Part shown: positions 1 to 14,900 of the stretch, piece by piece
Layout: each line of letters opens with the position of its first letter
How positions within the stretch are numbered: position 1 is the first letter of the stretch
Origin: Owenia fusiformis
Lineage: Eukaryota
Length of the DNA: 64,000 nt
Assembly: GCA_903813345.2 (NCBI GenBank)
Contig: CAIIXF020000001.1
Coordinates: 36,332,001-36,396,000 of the forward strand
Direction of reading: 5' to 3'
Program-made: the position numbers and the translations under genes
The notes under the pieces: generated by a model
Seen by the model: the letters and a program-made list of their open reading frames with translations, nothing else
Databases searched by the model: none
What the model was told of the DNA's origin: nothing

Positions 1-2227
1 TTTGATAAAAGGAATCAAGGTTTATTCTCGTTAGCATAAGTACTAATCTATCAGGAAACATTTACAAGTTTGGTTAGATACAGAATTTTTAGAGATGACA
101 GATTTTTAACTGCAATCTTGACCCGTAATTGTTATGATTTGCAATAACTGCCCATACCAGGTGGTGATATGTCATGTTAATGCTTGTTAATATGCTGATG
201 TTGTAGGTAGAATCTCGAATATCCTTAAATAGCTAAATTAAGGTAGAGAATGCACATTGTATATGAGGACAAGATATGTTTCAATGGTATTATCTAGAGA
301 CTTAGGCAAACCGAGGTTATTTGTCTTAACAAACATATGAATATAAAAATAAGTTAATACGTAAATGATGATTTCTCTTGATAGTTCAACCAAAGATTTC
401 TAAAGACATTCCGTGAAGGTTGTATGTCCTGTTGCAGAACCCCTGTTTTCACGACTTTGAAATAATGATGTAGACAGTTCTTGATTTATAATTATGAATT
501 TATATTAGTATATATGTATTGGAAATGTATTAATTTATAGCTGAGTTAAACAGGGGACCTTTTTTGAGCAAAAGCAATGGTCTATTTTATTAAAGAAATC
601 TGCTCAAGGGATCTTCTATTTTTAGAAATGGATAGCAAGTGTAAATCTGTACCTGGAAAATGTTAAGACCCATCGGTAGAGTTGATTTTCTAAGAAAATT
701 ATTCTTTATATAATTGTTTTTTTTTGTAACATTTTCTCGCTTTCAATGAGTAAAACAATTTTAACAACAATTAGATATAATTTAATTTTTTAAACAGCAT
801 TATTTATTATATTTTAGATAAAAATTGTTTTTGATTTTCACCACCAGATAAATGTGATAACAAGTAGGATGTCATTGAAAAAAGAAAAGCTAAAAGAGTT
901 TTATTATCTAATCTGATGATTACAACATTTGACAGTCTATATTTTAATTTTATCTGACACTGTAAGGTTCTGAATATTCTGAAATGATTTTGATAAATGG
1001 CCCTAGTCGAAATCCTCCATAAGTTAAAAAAATTACAAGCGATTTGCTTGAAAAAAATCGAGGACACATTACAGCAATATCAATACTAAAGGGTTCCATG
1101 TAATGAAAATTATGGTCCAATAGGACATATTTCTTGATTTTCCAGTGGGTTTGGTTAACACTTAATTGTTCATTTGCCAACTACAGCGTGTTAGAATCTG
1201 AAAATAAATCTGTTTTTATACTTTAGTCATGAAATGTTGTATGTTTACTCCTAATTATATTTCCTCATAGTTCGAAAATTGGGAGACCTTACAAATGCCC
1301 TGCACTTTCACATTTGGGGCCTTTTGACCTTATGTTTAATTCAAGGGCAATTATATCCCTTTATACTTCATGATAATTGATCCTACTCCTCTGTATCATA
1401 TTATTTATTGCTCTTCCTGTATGTTATATAGTGATTCTGGTTTTCTAATAATAATGTTTAATAGCTAAGAATGATTAATTATCATTTAATATTGAAGTTA
1501 TTACACAGAATGAAGGAGATTTGCAAACACAATATAGGGTAACTGCATAATAAACATGTCACTTCAAAGCTCTTAATTGTTCAGAATTGTTTATTAATTA
1601 TTTTATTGTTTAGATTTATTACATGTATGACAAAGAACTGATTTTCATGGTTGGTTTCATATGTTGATCCAGTTTTTCTTCCATTTTCAAATGTTGTTCC
1701 TTGTCCTTTTTATCATATAATGTATGTTTTCTTGTACAGTAATGTTTATCATATTTGTTAACAGTTTGTGATTTGAGAGCAGGATATATCAATATCTCCC
1801 ATAGAATAACCCTTCTAATATTTGACAGTATATATAACACAAAATAACCATTAAGTATTGCATTTTTCCTTAGAATTACCTTTGAAAGTTTCCTTATTCA
1901 AATTTAAAACAAAATGTTTTCACAAACATAGATTAGAGTGAAAGATTCCTGATGTCCCTACTGAATAAAACATGCATCCTGACATACACGCAACAACAGT
2001 ACCTCGTAAACAACAATTATTCTATGTGTGCTTTTACTGACAAAAGGACAGTTTGACCCAATGTTTCATTAAAGCTTAAGCCTCAAGCATCTGACTAAAG
2101 GAAATTGTCTTTTTACATGAAGCGATCATTAAATCTGTCTGCAGCATTGACATGGATCAGACAAGGGTAGTCCTTTGAATTGAAATCACTATTAAACAGA
2201 GAAAATCCCTCATTCATAATAACTTTA

Positions 2228-2645
2228 CATTCACATATTTGTATCCCAAGTTACCTTGACACAATTGAATATCACATTTCTTGGACACATTTGTATACCA
2301 CATTTTCTTGACACACTTATATAATATATTACCTTGACACACTTGAATATTACATTTCTTTGACAAACTTGTATACCACATTACCTCAACAGACTTATAC
2401 CACATTTACTTTGACATACTTGTAAGTACCACATAACCTTGACACACTTATATACCACATTACTTTGAAATACTTGTATACCACATCACCTAACTTACTT
2501 GTATACCACATCACCTTGACACACTTGCATACCACATTACCTTGACACACTTATATACCACATTACTTTGACATACTTGTATACCACATTACCTTAACAC
2601 TTATATACCACATTTCCTTGACATGCCTATATACCACATTGCCTT
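2228..2645. repeat. Minisatellite, ~26-27 bp unit (tataccacattaccttgacacactt-like)
   Basis: About 15 imperfect tandem copies of ataccacatt(a)c(c/t)ttgacacact are visible. The ORF at 2214-2405 is a by-product of the repeat. Confidence 0.9.
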
Positions 2646-5600
2646 AATATGTTCACCTTGTGAGATGATTAAGAAACCACAAGAAACTGGTAAAGTGATG
2701 ACAGAATATAATATGAGATTTGGAAATTAGATAATAAAATAGCAACATGTCAATCCTTATTTGCATTAATGAGCAAGTCCAAGGATTTCAGTAAATCACT
2801 TTTACATTGTAATAACTAATTAAATCCATTTGTTATATACGATTATCAAGGTATTTTCAATTACAGAAAATCTCCAGCTTATAAACTGTACAGGGATATA
2901 CATTTACATGTCTCCAACCTATTGTGTTTTCTTTCAATCCCATATCAAATAGATTAAAAACACCCACAATTGAACGACTCAGTGTCTAAAGCCGGAACAT
3001 ACTTAATTGTGAGCAACATCATTAAGCCTTCAGAAGCTATCTAAGGAATAAAAGGTATTTTTGTCCAAACTCTGTAATCGTCTCTTTGGTGCATATCATC
3101 CTAGTTCTATTCAATGTGATAATAGTGAAATGTACTGCTAATATTACATAGAGCATCTTGTTTTATTTGTTTTTATAAGTTTGATGCTCAGAAGATTACC
3201 TGCAAAGCATGATCATATTCTATCTGGAGAGGAGAGTGTATAATTTGAACCATATTTATAATAAGTGAAGGGTGAAAAAAGAAGGAATAATATAATATTT
3301 CTATCTAACTTAAAATCACCTTTGAATGTATTCTATCATGATTAAATTGATAAAAATATTTCAGAACAAGTCAAAGCATTAGTTCAAAATATGCTTTATT
3401 GAGCATGTCCAATATTTTCTCTCTTTGTATTGCTTAACAGCCTATAGAACTAATTGCATTTATTGTCATAAATATTTTTGTTTTAAAATATATTTAAAGA
3501 TGATATAAAGACATTAACCTACTGGGGGGTACCATTTTGAATTAATGATGTCACAATAACCCTAATTAACATTGCCAGTATAGGTTAAAGATATAATTCC
3601 TGTATGATTGATACAGTTTTTCTGTACCCTTTGCATTTGTTCGACTTTGCTTCTCAAAAGAGAGCTTCATCCTCACTCTTTCAGTTTTCAATAAATCTTA
3701 GAACTCACCGAGCTAATCAGAGTTCATCGTCGGAATAAGAACAACTTTCTAAATATGGCCATTTTCTCTGATGTAATCACATAGTTATTGTGCACGCTTT
3801 TAGCACATGTTCCTTCCAGCTTGCTGATTGGTTGAGAAAAGTTCAGCGTGGCAAGTTTGAAAGGATTTATGACCCCAGCTGTCATGGGCATCGGTTGTGG
3901 GGGGGGTTGCTAAATTGTAATATAGTCTATACTAGGCAGAGGGTAGTTTATAACCAGACTCTGAGCGCAGGGTAGTTTTACTGAGATCTGTTGAAATAAA
4001 ACATCATGAACTTCCATATACATTCTCTATCTTTAAATGCAAATGTTTTTATAAGTTTTGGATATTTTCTACTTCACCTGTAGAATGTTATAATAAGCAT
4101 TTTGAGTTGCCATTTTGAATTAAAAGTAGGTCAATATAACAATTTTCAATTAATCTATTTTACTATCACAGGCCTAAGTTCAAAGGGCATGGCAAATATA
4201 GAATACTTGGGCATAGCTTTCCTTCAATTGATTTATAGGCAGCTACCTTGTGAGGCAATACTGTCAGTGATTCTTTTTGAACGCACTGAACAAACTATTG
4301 CCCAGGGATTAGGATGGAATCTTGGAGCAATTAAGTCCTCTTTGTAATAGAATCACTGAACATATATTTTTGTCGACTTTTTGTAATCCTGAAAATAGAA
4401 TCCTATGGGTGCTTGCATTTAGTAATTAATAGGCATATAGAAGATCACAATGTTGAAGGTAATGACCTAGTGTTGATTGAACAGTTAGTTCATGGAGGAC
4501 AACCCACCCTCTCTGGGACCTAACAGCTTGCTCTGTGCATGACCCTAAATTCATCAACTGTTCATATAAAGTTCCCTTTATCTGGATGTTGGATTATAGG
4601 GTGAAACATTTTCAATATGTTTTTATGAATTCTTGATGACTTTTTAGCATATACTGTAGAATTACCCTTTCTAGGAGTTTAACTATGTTCATACTCTTCA
4701 AATGAGATCTAAGATATTGATGTAGCCTCAATGGTCAGTCAGAACTCAGAACACAGAATAAATCAGTAAATCAAACTATTATTTCAAGCCTATGATAAGT
4801 AATCTGGAATAAAAGAACACCAATCCTTCAATTATTTAGCCTTTAAAACTTACGATTAATAGTGGGCTGTATAGCAAGGTTGGTCGGGGTCGGGAGCTGG
4901 GGATAATTTTATTGCTTAAATATTACCATATCATCATCCTACATTAGAATCCACTCAGTCTAACATCAATTTCTGGTGCGAAAGTTGTCATTTTTGAGTT
5001 TTACCCCCCTTGAAGACAAATTCTTGGGGGTACTATGACAAATGCTTATAACTAAAGAAGTATTTATTTGATCATCTTCATTTTTGGCATGGGTAATAAA
5101 CAGGTATGTTAAAGTAAAATTTGAAAAATTTATACAAATCGGGTGATTACTCCATTCTACAGATAATAATTCAGGTATTTCCAAGGGTCAATTTCAACAT
5201 TTTCTGAATGATGACATGAAGTGAAAATAACATTATGACCCAATGACATATTTATTGAATGTTTTTAGGCTTTAGAAAATAATTTGACTATATAAGCTAA
5301 AATAATAACATAAGAATTGTACCATATTGATAATTCTTCATCGCCATCCAGGCACAAATAAACCCCACCCCCTCCCCATTTTGAATATAAAGGTCTATAC
5401 CTGAAACTTCCTCAAATAGCTATATTTCAGAAACTATTACAGCCTACATTCCAAAATTTATCATGGTGATTATACACATCATACTGTGCATAATAGACAT
5501 ATAATTGAGATTTATCCATTCTATAACTAATAATCAAGGTATTTTCAAGGTTCAATTTCAGCATTTTCGGAATGTCGCCATGAAGTAAAAATTACATGAC

Positions 5601-6385
5601 CCAATGACATATTTATTAAATGTTTTTAGGCTTTAAAAAATAATTTGACTATATAAGCTAAGATAATAACATAAGAATTGTTTGATATTGATAATTCATC
5701 ATCGCCATCCGGGGATAAATACCCCCCCCCCCCCATTTGCGAAAATAAAGGTTTTTACCTGAAACTTTCTCAAATAGCTATATTTCAGAAACTATTACAG
5801 CCTCCATTCCAAAATTTCTCTTGTTGATTATACACATCATACTCTGCATATTATACATATAATTGAAGTCTTAACACTTTTTGACCGAGTAGCTTATAAT
5901 AATAGTATATTTATTAGACATCTTAGAAATCAAAATATATGTTTTAGAAGGTTGTCAGAACACTACAAGAGAGATATTTTGGATTGTCATCATTTTTGAG
6001 AATATTACAAAAACATATTTATTTTATGCAATAATCACCTATTTTCATTTAACATAATTGAAATACATTATCCAGCTAGTTTTAATGATTTCAGTATACA
6101 TATTTAATCCTGAGATGCACTTAGGTTTGATATCCATGAAGTAATCGTTTCTTTTTTGTTTGTAATTTATTTTCTAAGCATAAAACTATAAGCATTAAAT
6201 CTGTATGCTTTAGGATATACATAATCAGTACCGATGACTAAACATTCAATTGACAACATCCAGTCAATATGCTTGACAACATTCAATAATGATTAATATG
6301 TTTGACCAATATGTTTTTGAATAACTTCACCATACAATTTGCTTGAGTATTCACTTCAACATTTGCTTCAAGCAGTTGAACATTG

Positions 6386-6895
6386 TTAGTTATCAACATC
6401 ACCTGAAAAGATTTCATCTATGAGATCTGTCATATCATCATCAATTTCGTCATCTGATTCTTCGTTATAAATGTCTACCAACTCTTGTGGAAGAATAGCA
6501 TTTGGATTTTCAGCCCATTGTATATCAAGTTCACCATCTTCTAGGATCCATCCATTTTGCCTTTGGTCAAAATCTATAGAGTTTCCAAGTTCTTGAAAGA
6601 TTGCATGCATGTCCCCCCTCTTGACCAGCTGTTTCAGAGGGTTTATTTTTCCCTTTCTCATGAAGGCACTGGTGGTATCACACCCTGTAAAACAGTGGAT
6701 ACCAATCAGGGTGGCTGTGATTGGATCACCCAAACCTGCTGCAACTGTCTTCAGATCAATGAGGCGCCTCTTGTTTGAAACTCCAGTGTCAAACAGTACT
6801 TTGAGAAGTAGGCACTTGTTTGCTGTAATGTAGCAGGAGTATGAGTACATCTGTGTCTGGAGATCTGACAAGTATGGTCTTGGCCTCAGCCCCAA
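6386..6895 (-). pseudogene. C-terminal fragment of Academ XPG-like nuclease/transposase ORF (left arm)
   Basis: Reads ILVRSPDTDVLILLL (frameshift) ...FDTGVSNKRRLIDL...IGIHCFTGCDTTSAFMRKGK...NGWILEDGELDIQW...acidic tail. It is frameshifted and internally deleted. Confidence 0.75.
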
Positions 6896-6899
6896 CCTG

Positions 6900-7796
6900 C
6901 CTAAATTGGCGTGTTCTGCATGAATTTAAGAGAAGGCATAGAGGTAAAATGCAGCCACTGCTAGTGAAAGGTCCCAAAACTAAAGTCCCAAAAAATGGAA
7001 GGACTTCCTTTCAAATAGCAAAAACAAAATTCAGCTTGTCCAACTTGTCCTCGCAGAATGGAAGAAGGACAAATATGCCAAAAAATCAGAACACGCCAAT
7101 TTACTTTGTCTGTCAGGAGAAGTGCTTCTTACTCACAAGTGATGGGTCACATGTTGTTAGTGAGGAAGTCCTAGACCTAAGGTGCAACCATGATGAAGCT
7201 GACACAAAATAATTCTCCATGCTTTATATGCATCAAGGCAGGTGGGGCCCAGACCATACTTGTCAGATCTCAAGACACAGACGTTCTCATACTCCTGCTT
7301 ATTTACAGCAAACACCTACTTCTCAAAGTACTGTTTGACACTGAAGTTTCAAACAAGAGGCGCCTCATTGATGTGAAGACAGTTGCTGCAGGTTTGGGTG
7401 ATCCAATCACAGCCACCCTGATTGGTATCCCCTGTTTTACAGGGTGTGATACCACCAGTGCCTTCATGAGAAAGGGGAAAATAAACCCTCTGAAACAGCT
7501 GATCAGGAGAAAGGACATGCATGCAATCTTTTTTGAACGTGAAAATCTATAGTTCTTGACCAAAGGCATCTTCAAAAACTCGAAAGATTTGTGTGCATCA
7601 GTACATCAGTCTCTTCCTCCGTGCAGGTCATCCCTTGTTCAACATTGTAAAATATGTAACTACCAAGGTTACTTATGGAAGCAGTCTCACAAAGCCCAAA
7701 TGAAGAATCAGATGACGAAATTGATGATGATATATGACAGATAATGAAGTCAACAATTTCATAGATGAAATCTTTTCAGGTGATGTAGATAATTAA
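6900..7796 (+). pseudogene. Academ XPG-like nuclease/transposase fragment (centre and right arm)
   Basis: Fragments in several frames: ...LRCNHDEADTK*, ILVRSQDTDVLILL..TGCDTTSAFMRKGK, LPPCRSSLVQHCKICNYQGYLWKQ. Stops and frameshifts are present. Confidence 0.75.
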
Positions 7797-9997
7797 CAAT
7801 GTTCAACTGCTTGAAGCAAATGTTGAAGTGAATGCTTATAGTTTTATGCTTAGAAAATAAATTACAAACAAAATAGAAACGATTACTTCATGGATATCAA
7901 ACCTAAGTGTATCTCAGGATTAAATGCATATACTGAAATCATTAAAACTAGTTGGATAATATATTTCAATTATGTTAAATGAAAATAGGTGATTATTGCA
8001 TAATATACATATGCTTTTGTAATATTCTCAAAACTGACGACAATCCAAAATATCTCTCTTGTAGTGTTGTGACAACCTTCTAAAACATATATTTTAATTT
8101 CTAAGATGTCTAATAAATATACTAGTATCATTAGCTACACCCTAAAAAGTGTTAAGACTTCAATTATATGTATAATATGCAGAGTATGATGTGTATAATC
8201 AACAAGAGAAATTTTGGAATGGAGGCTGTAATAGTTTCTGAAATATAGCTATTTGAGAAAGTCTCAGGTAAAAACCTTTATTTTTTCGAAATTGAATTGG
8301 GGGGGGGGGTATTTATCCCTGGATTGCGATGAAAAATTGTCAATATCAAACAATTCTTATGTTATTATCTTAGCTTATATAGTCAAATTATTTTCTAAAG
8401 CCTAAAAACATTTAATAAATGTGTCATTGGGTCATGTAATTTTTACTTCATGGCGACATTCCGAAAATGCTGAAATTGAACCTTGAAAATACAGTACCTT
8501 TATTATTAGTCATAGAATGGATAAATCTCAATCATATGTCTATTATGCACAGTATGATGTGTATAATCATCATGAGAAATTTTGGAATGTAGGATGTAAT
8601 AGTTTCTGAAATATAGCTATTTGAGGAAGTTTCAGGTATAGACCTTTATATTCGAAATGGGGAGGGGGTGGGGTTTATTTGTGCCTGGATGGCGATGAAG
8701 AATTATCAATATGGTACTATTCTTATGTTATTATCTTAGCTTATATAGTCAAATTATTTTCTAAAGCCTAAAAACATTCAATAAATATGTCATTGGGTCA
8801 TAATGTTATTTTCACTTCATGTTGACATTCAGAAAATGTTGAAATTGACCCTTGAAAATACCTGAATTATTAACTTTAGAATGGAGTGATCAGCCGATTT
8901 GTATGAATTTTTCAAATTTTACTTTAACATACCTGTTTATTATCCATGCCAAAAATGAAGATGATCAAATAAATACTTCTTTAGTTATAAGCATTTGTCA
9001 TAGTACCCCCAAGAATTTGTCTTCAAGGGGGGTAAAACTCAAAAATGACAACTTTCGCACCAGAAATTGATGTTAGACTGAGTGGATTCTAATGTAGGAT
9101 GATGATATGGTTATATTTAAGCAATAAAATTATCCCCAGCTCCCGACCCTGACCAACCTTGCTATACAGCCCACTATAATGTCTGATGTTAACTATTAGT
9201 ACCATGGTATATTTTTCATTATACTGTATAATTTAGTACTATATAAGTGCCTGTAAATAATGCTCAACGATCGATAAAAACAAGAATATTTTAGGATTTA
9301 CTATATTTTCTGGAAAAGAATATTTGCAAGGCAATTATTTAGCAAAAGAAACTGTTTACGAAATCTCACATTATGGTTAATGAACTACATTAGAAAACAT
9401 AGGTTGACTTTGAGAGTCTACTGATTCAGTATCTTTAGGGAAATGACATGCATGACTACTTGCCCATATAGAGACTATAACTCAACACAAGACGTGACCA
9501 GTCATGAATTTTTATCTAACTGACCATTTAGTGTCTATTTAGTAACAGACTAAGGACACTGGCATGTTAAATTGCCAACTGAATCACAAAATGAAATAAT
9601 TAGTTTTAAGGGTCAGGATTTTAAAAATGAAGTTATGTTTTAAGGGTCAGTCATATAGAAAGATAATTAAATTGTATCATCTAAAACTGAGACAGATGCA
9701 AGAACTTTTGTGATTTGAATGTTTCAACATCATTGATTTGTTTTATGAACTTTGAGAAACAGTTGAAAACCAAGACAACAGACATAAGTAGACACCATAT
9801 AGAGTTATGTTTTCAATAGACCTTTACTAACCATGAATCAATAAAATAAGAAGGTAAACTATAGGATCTGCCAGAAATATTGAGTAAGCTAGTGAAGAAA
9901 ATTATAAACTTTGTTAGTAAATGTTCTAGGCATATAAAAAGGAGAAAAATCGGTGTCACTGAATTTTTTTTAAATTTTCATGCATAGTGGAAAATTA

Positions 9998-10822
9998 TTA
10001 TCCCAACGAACGAAGTTCGTTAGGGATATAGTGAAGCCCTACGTCCGTCCGTCAGTCCGTCAGTCCGTCAGTCTGTCAGTCCGTCAGTCCGTCCATCCGT
10101 CCGTCCGTCCGTCCGTCCGTCCGTCCGTCCGTCCGGAAGATTACTCAAATATTAGTGGACGGATTTTCTTTATATTTGGTGGAAAGATGTATATTGATGA
10201 ATAGTTTTACGCAAAAAAAGATTTTTCAAGATGGCCGCCGCTTTAAAAATGACGGGACTTTTTCGTAAAAATCATAAATTTTTCATTCTAAACCAAAGTA
10301 ATTAATATTATTGTTTGAAATTTTGGTAGTATATTCGCAACATCTATCTATTTCACATATATTCCGTGTTTTTCATCCTGACCCCCAGGGGCCGTGTATG
10401 GGGGGTCAGGAAAACAGAAATTTTCGCTAATTTTTAGATCTTTCTGAAGTATAGCTTTATTATACTCAAATGAAAGGCAATTAAGAGTAAATTGCAAATA
10501 CTGTATCTTTTTTCTGATTCGAGCCTCGTAAAATTCAAAATGGCCGTCTAATGTACGATTTCGCAATCATTTTTCGATCCCTTCAAAGTATGGCTATATT
10601 ATACTCAAATTGAAGGAATTTTGGAGTAGATCACAATTATGCTATTATTTTTCAGATTTGTACCTCAGAAAATTCAAAATGGCAGCTTTGCAGGAATTCA
10701 CAATTCTAAAATCTAAATTTTTTCAATTTTAACCAAAGTAATGAGTATAATTAATTGGAATTCGGTAATTGATATTTTGTTCGTTGGGATTTGCTACTCC
10801 GCGGAGTTGCCATTATCTAGTT
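9998..10822 (+). mobile_element. Helentron-associated non-autonomous element (HINE/DINE-1-like), family A
   Basis: 5' subTIR atcccaacgaac with adjacent inverted copy gttcgttagggat; (CCGT/CAGT)n microsatellite at 10042-10135; 3' subTIR gttcgttgggat; 3' hairpin gctactccgcggagttgc; ends CTAG in a TT context. Confidence 0.85.
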
Positions 10823-11867
10823 ATTGTACCTTCAAGTAATAACCTAGATATGTTTGTTTGCTCTTTGTGCAAAACTGAAACATGTAAACCATGTATGGAA
10901 TGAGTTATGTGATCTTCAAAAATATGGGACTCCAATTAGAAAGCATTAAAATTTCTGGACAAACAAAATTACATTAACTTTATAGAACTTTTGTTCAGGA
11001 GGAAACAAATATAAAATATTTACCAATAAAACAATCACTACCTCTAATAGAATTAGAGAATTGAATAAAAAACAACATATGGTTTTAAAAAAGCTGGACA
11101 TAAAAGAATGATAATCTCAATGCTATGAGGCTGAACGATATGTTGAACATTTGGCACCTGTGTCACACTTCAAATCAGTCGTTTATTATGCCATTTAGTT
11201 TTACCTTTATTAGCTAAAAGGTTTTTTGCGTGCCCAGACTAGCAGACTGAGCCATTATGATGGAGACGTATGACGCAATGATGATATGAATCCGTACAGA
11301 TTCAAATTCGGGAAATAAAACAGAATACAAACACATCAACTCATATCACTCGTGGAAACCATGATCCCTATATCAATAAAATGTTATCAACTACATGTAC
11401 TTTTGAATCACCCCTCATCTGGACATATTTGGTCATATCATTAAAAGGGATCGCCTGTGTACAGTGTGCCTCAGTGACATAGGTGCTAAGGACTAGATTG
11501 CTTTTTTCTATAATAACAAGCTATCTACTCACTTAATGAAGTTGATAGCATGTAGAATGCTAAGAACCATAATATACATGATAGACATGATAGTTGATTC
11601 TTGAATCAATCCTGCCTTTATAAATTGTGGTACAAAAGTCAGAAATGTGATTAAGTAAATGTGTTACTTCCATGCTCCAACCATAGGATAACCTTTACAC
11701 AACAGGAAGTCCCTTAAACCTCTGCATCTTCTATCATGCCCATTGCGTAATTTTACAATTTTACGTAGATCGCTCTATTTCTTTAGCATTTGTTATGGCA
11801 ACTGTAAGTTAAGACAACTGTTCAAGTGTTTCCCAAATGAACCATCACATCTCACAGATCATCTCAC

Positions 11868-11976
11868 TTGTAAACTGTACTTTACCTCTGTCTTTCATTA
11901 TGTAGAAATGCTTTCCCATTGTAAACTGTACTTTACCTCTGTCTTTCATTATGTAGAAATGCTTTCCCTTTGTAAA
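11868..11976. repeat. 51-bp tandem duplication
   Basis: ttgtaaactgtactttacctctgtctttcattatgtagaaatgctttccc occurs twice in succession. Confidence 0.9.
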
Positions 11977-14900
11977 TTGAGCATGGCAAAGCAAAAGATT
12001 AGAAACTTAATACTTTATATATTATATGTTATACAGGTTGCGTTTCCTTAAATGATATTTGACATTTTGAAGAAAATAGGCAATTTGAAAATGGGTTCAA
12101 GTTTTTGAAAAATGGGCCCATACATGTGTTTTCAAAAATGAATCCGTGAGGGTTGGGAATTTTCAGAAAAAATATTTTTGCCTCTGAGCCTCTCCTTATT
12201 AATTTCCAGGTCCCTAACCCTTAACAAGAACGAGTAAATCCCTAGCTAAAACTAAATCCCAAACTAAAATTAAGTTTTACAATACCTGGAAAATTAACTT
12301 TTAATGCAATCACAGTAGCATTCAGAAAGTTTACTTTGTAAAGAGAATATCTTTCTTTTCAAGTGTGAGTTTGTTAATGGACCTTTCCAATCAGTGCACT
12401 TGATACAGGATAGTTGCATTTCATCAACCTGATTCCTTCAATAGGGGAGACCTTTGATTATTCCATTATTGTTGGGATAGTTTTGAAGCATAAAATAACT
12501 TAATCTGTCCATTTATATTAACCTAAATAAGTTGATAGATTTACGCTTTGAATCTGAATCAAACAAAGTTGTCCTGGAACTCAATCTAAACTCACAACTT
12601 TCATTGCATAGTGAAAATGTTATGAAATTATCGTAAATCGAATTATTTCGTCTTCATGAAGCTTACTTTCAATTCCAGTTGATACAATAAAAGTAATTGA
12701 CAATGACAAATTAATATTGTTTTTCCATTTCACGTGGGGTGTATAAATATAGATTCAGATCCTTGAGACGTAGATAAGGTATAGATTTCTTTTCTGGTTA
12801 TTTTCTAAAACAAAGACACAGTGTAGTGTGAAAATCACAAGGGAGTAAACTAATCAGAGCATCAGAAACTGCAGCGACAGGAGTACGTATTTGGTAACAG
12901 CGATCATACAAGAAAGAAAATGAATTAAACGTCCCATTGCCTACCCTATCTTGTTCCTCAATCCTTTGAGAAAAAAATTGTTTAAATGATTAATTTGCAT
13001 GGTTTCCCTAGATAAAGGAATTGGATATTAGTTAATTAGAAATACACTAGGGACATTATGATATAAAATATGTATTCAAATTGCAATCCATTTAGGTTTG
13101 GTTGATTTTGTAAATTGCAAGTCAAGCAGATAAATCCCTGGCTTTAAAGAAATCAGGCATCAACACTTATTTTAACCAGGATTTCCCATGGGATAAGGAA
13201 ACAGTAACCACGATTTGACATTTGACAAACTCTGTGATGCAAAACTATTGATCAGGACTTTGACAATAAGAAGGGGTGTGATTTACAATTCACCCCCTCC
13301 CTCCCCCTCCTTGTGACGGCCTAGCTAACTGTAGATTTTACAGAAATTCCTCAAGAAGAGGTTCTGAATTACAAAAAGTAAAACGTTCAATTTGTAATAT
13401 ATGAAATACCAGTTTTTAAGCATCTGAATATGCTAAGAAATTGTTTTCTTGTTAAGTGGTCAAGTGGTCAATACGGATGTTTTGAACCTTACCCTGTTTT
13501 ATTATTAGATTTCCTCCATTTGTTTATACTGGGAAGGGTTCACTTTCATAAACATGATCTTTCTGCAATTCTATCCAGGCGTAAAAAAGTAATTTTTGGC
13601 ATCTATAGCCAGATGATGGGAATGATATGAGTGGATCAATATGGACCCATTAATATCATATTCTGATAATGATATATCATATGCAAAATTAACAGTTGAA
13701 ACAAGATGAACTATATGAGTGCATGAAGCCCTGATGCCCTTACATCTATATTAAATATAAAAAAATTCTTAAAATATGAGAACTTAATAAAAAATGGTAG
13801 AATTATGAAAAGAATAAACATGATCGGAGTATATTTTATTCAGGGGTTTCTAAACATTTTAGTAATAATAGGGAAATGGTTTAATCAAGCATGAAGTACT
13901 GTTGATGTCTTTTCCATGCTCTTTAGAAAGCGTAGGTTTGATAATGAAGCGATAGCGTTATGTAATCTTCATTTTACATAAGAGTATTTTGAGTAGATTG
14001 GACATTGAAATCTACTTTGTTTTCTCAATTAGACATCTTCAAGACAGGGAGATATCTTATATTGAATCCCAGGCAATTTCAACAGCCAATATATTCTAAT
14101 GATTAAACGAAAAATTATACCCTCTGTAATGAAATTAAGTCATTGTGTTGCAATCCGGAACTGGACTGTTTGAACCTCGGCTTTATCAGTTTTCCTAATC
14201 TTTGTCTGGATTTCATGATAGGACTTTAGCTGCACTTAAGCAACATTGACAATGAAATGGATTTTATGCATAAAACAATATTATATATCAGATTGAATTA
14301 TAAGGAAATAAGGAATTCTTGGATTATAATTACTTTTTCTCATTTTTATGTCTGCTGAATTTCACCATCTTTGTTCACTCATCTCTCATTGGTCTGAACT
14401 TAATGAAGACTGAACGTGTGAAGATGGAATTTCACTGCCTTCCCATGTATTATTATTTCACTCAGCAGATAATCTTTTTTGTCTACGGATTACCATGCTT
14501 TTGATTTCTAGGCTGTTATTATATTGTTTCTATGGATTCACAGATCATTGTTTTTATTCAGATGTTGTGATTATTTTGACTCATTATTTAATAAATGTTC
14601 TTGTAAAGTTTGAGCTGTGTACTATGCTGTCCTTAATGCCCCCCCCCCCCTTTGACAACCCACTTGATGTGGCCCCATTGATGGAGAAATCAAGGCATAT
14701 TTCAAGGGGAGATATTCTACTAACTGGCAGCTGCAACATCAGTTTACATTTACTGTTAAAAGGTATGCCACAACTCATAATTCTGATTTGTTGATGGGTC
14801 AGCTGAACACATACCCTTCATAAAAATTCAACCTTGTTTACATTCTTGAAATAAAAAATTATTCTTTGAAGACAGTTTACCTATCTTGAATATTTAGTTA

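Larger units (their letters stand above)
4860..9176. mobile_element. Non-autonomous foldback Academ (AcademX-type) DNA transposon
   Basis: Termini are TAGTGGGCTGTATAGCAAGG...CCTTGCTATACAGCCCACTA, with a 3-bp direct flank TAA (4857-4859 / 9177-9179). Inverted arms are about 2 kb each. Internal remnants carry XPG/PIN-like nuclease motifs (HDEADTK, SxDTDV, HCFTGCDTTSAF, LPP..HC..CNYQ..W). TAG..CTA ends, 3-bp TSD and an XPG-like domain match Academ. Confidence 0.8.

Noticed and set aside
2228..2645. Regularly spaced short repeats resembling a CRISPR array (also 28834-29080)
   Set aside because: Units are contiguous with no unique spacers, the context is eukaryotic, and there are no cas genes.
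3625..3975. CpG-containing segment that looks like a TE end (tagtctatactagg...ccagact)
   Set aside because: No matching second terminus or TSD could be established.
4966..5184. Twin 72-aa ORFs (4966-5184 minus, 8852-9070 plus)
   Set aside because: They are mirror images within the TIR arms, with non-ATG starts and no recognisable domain.
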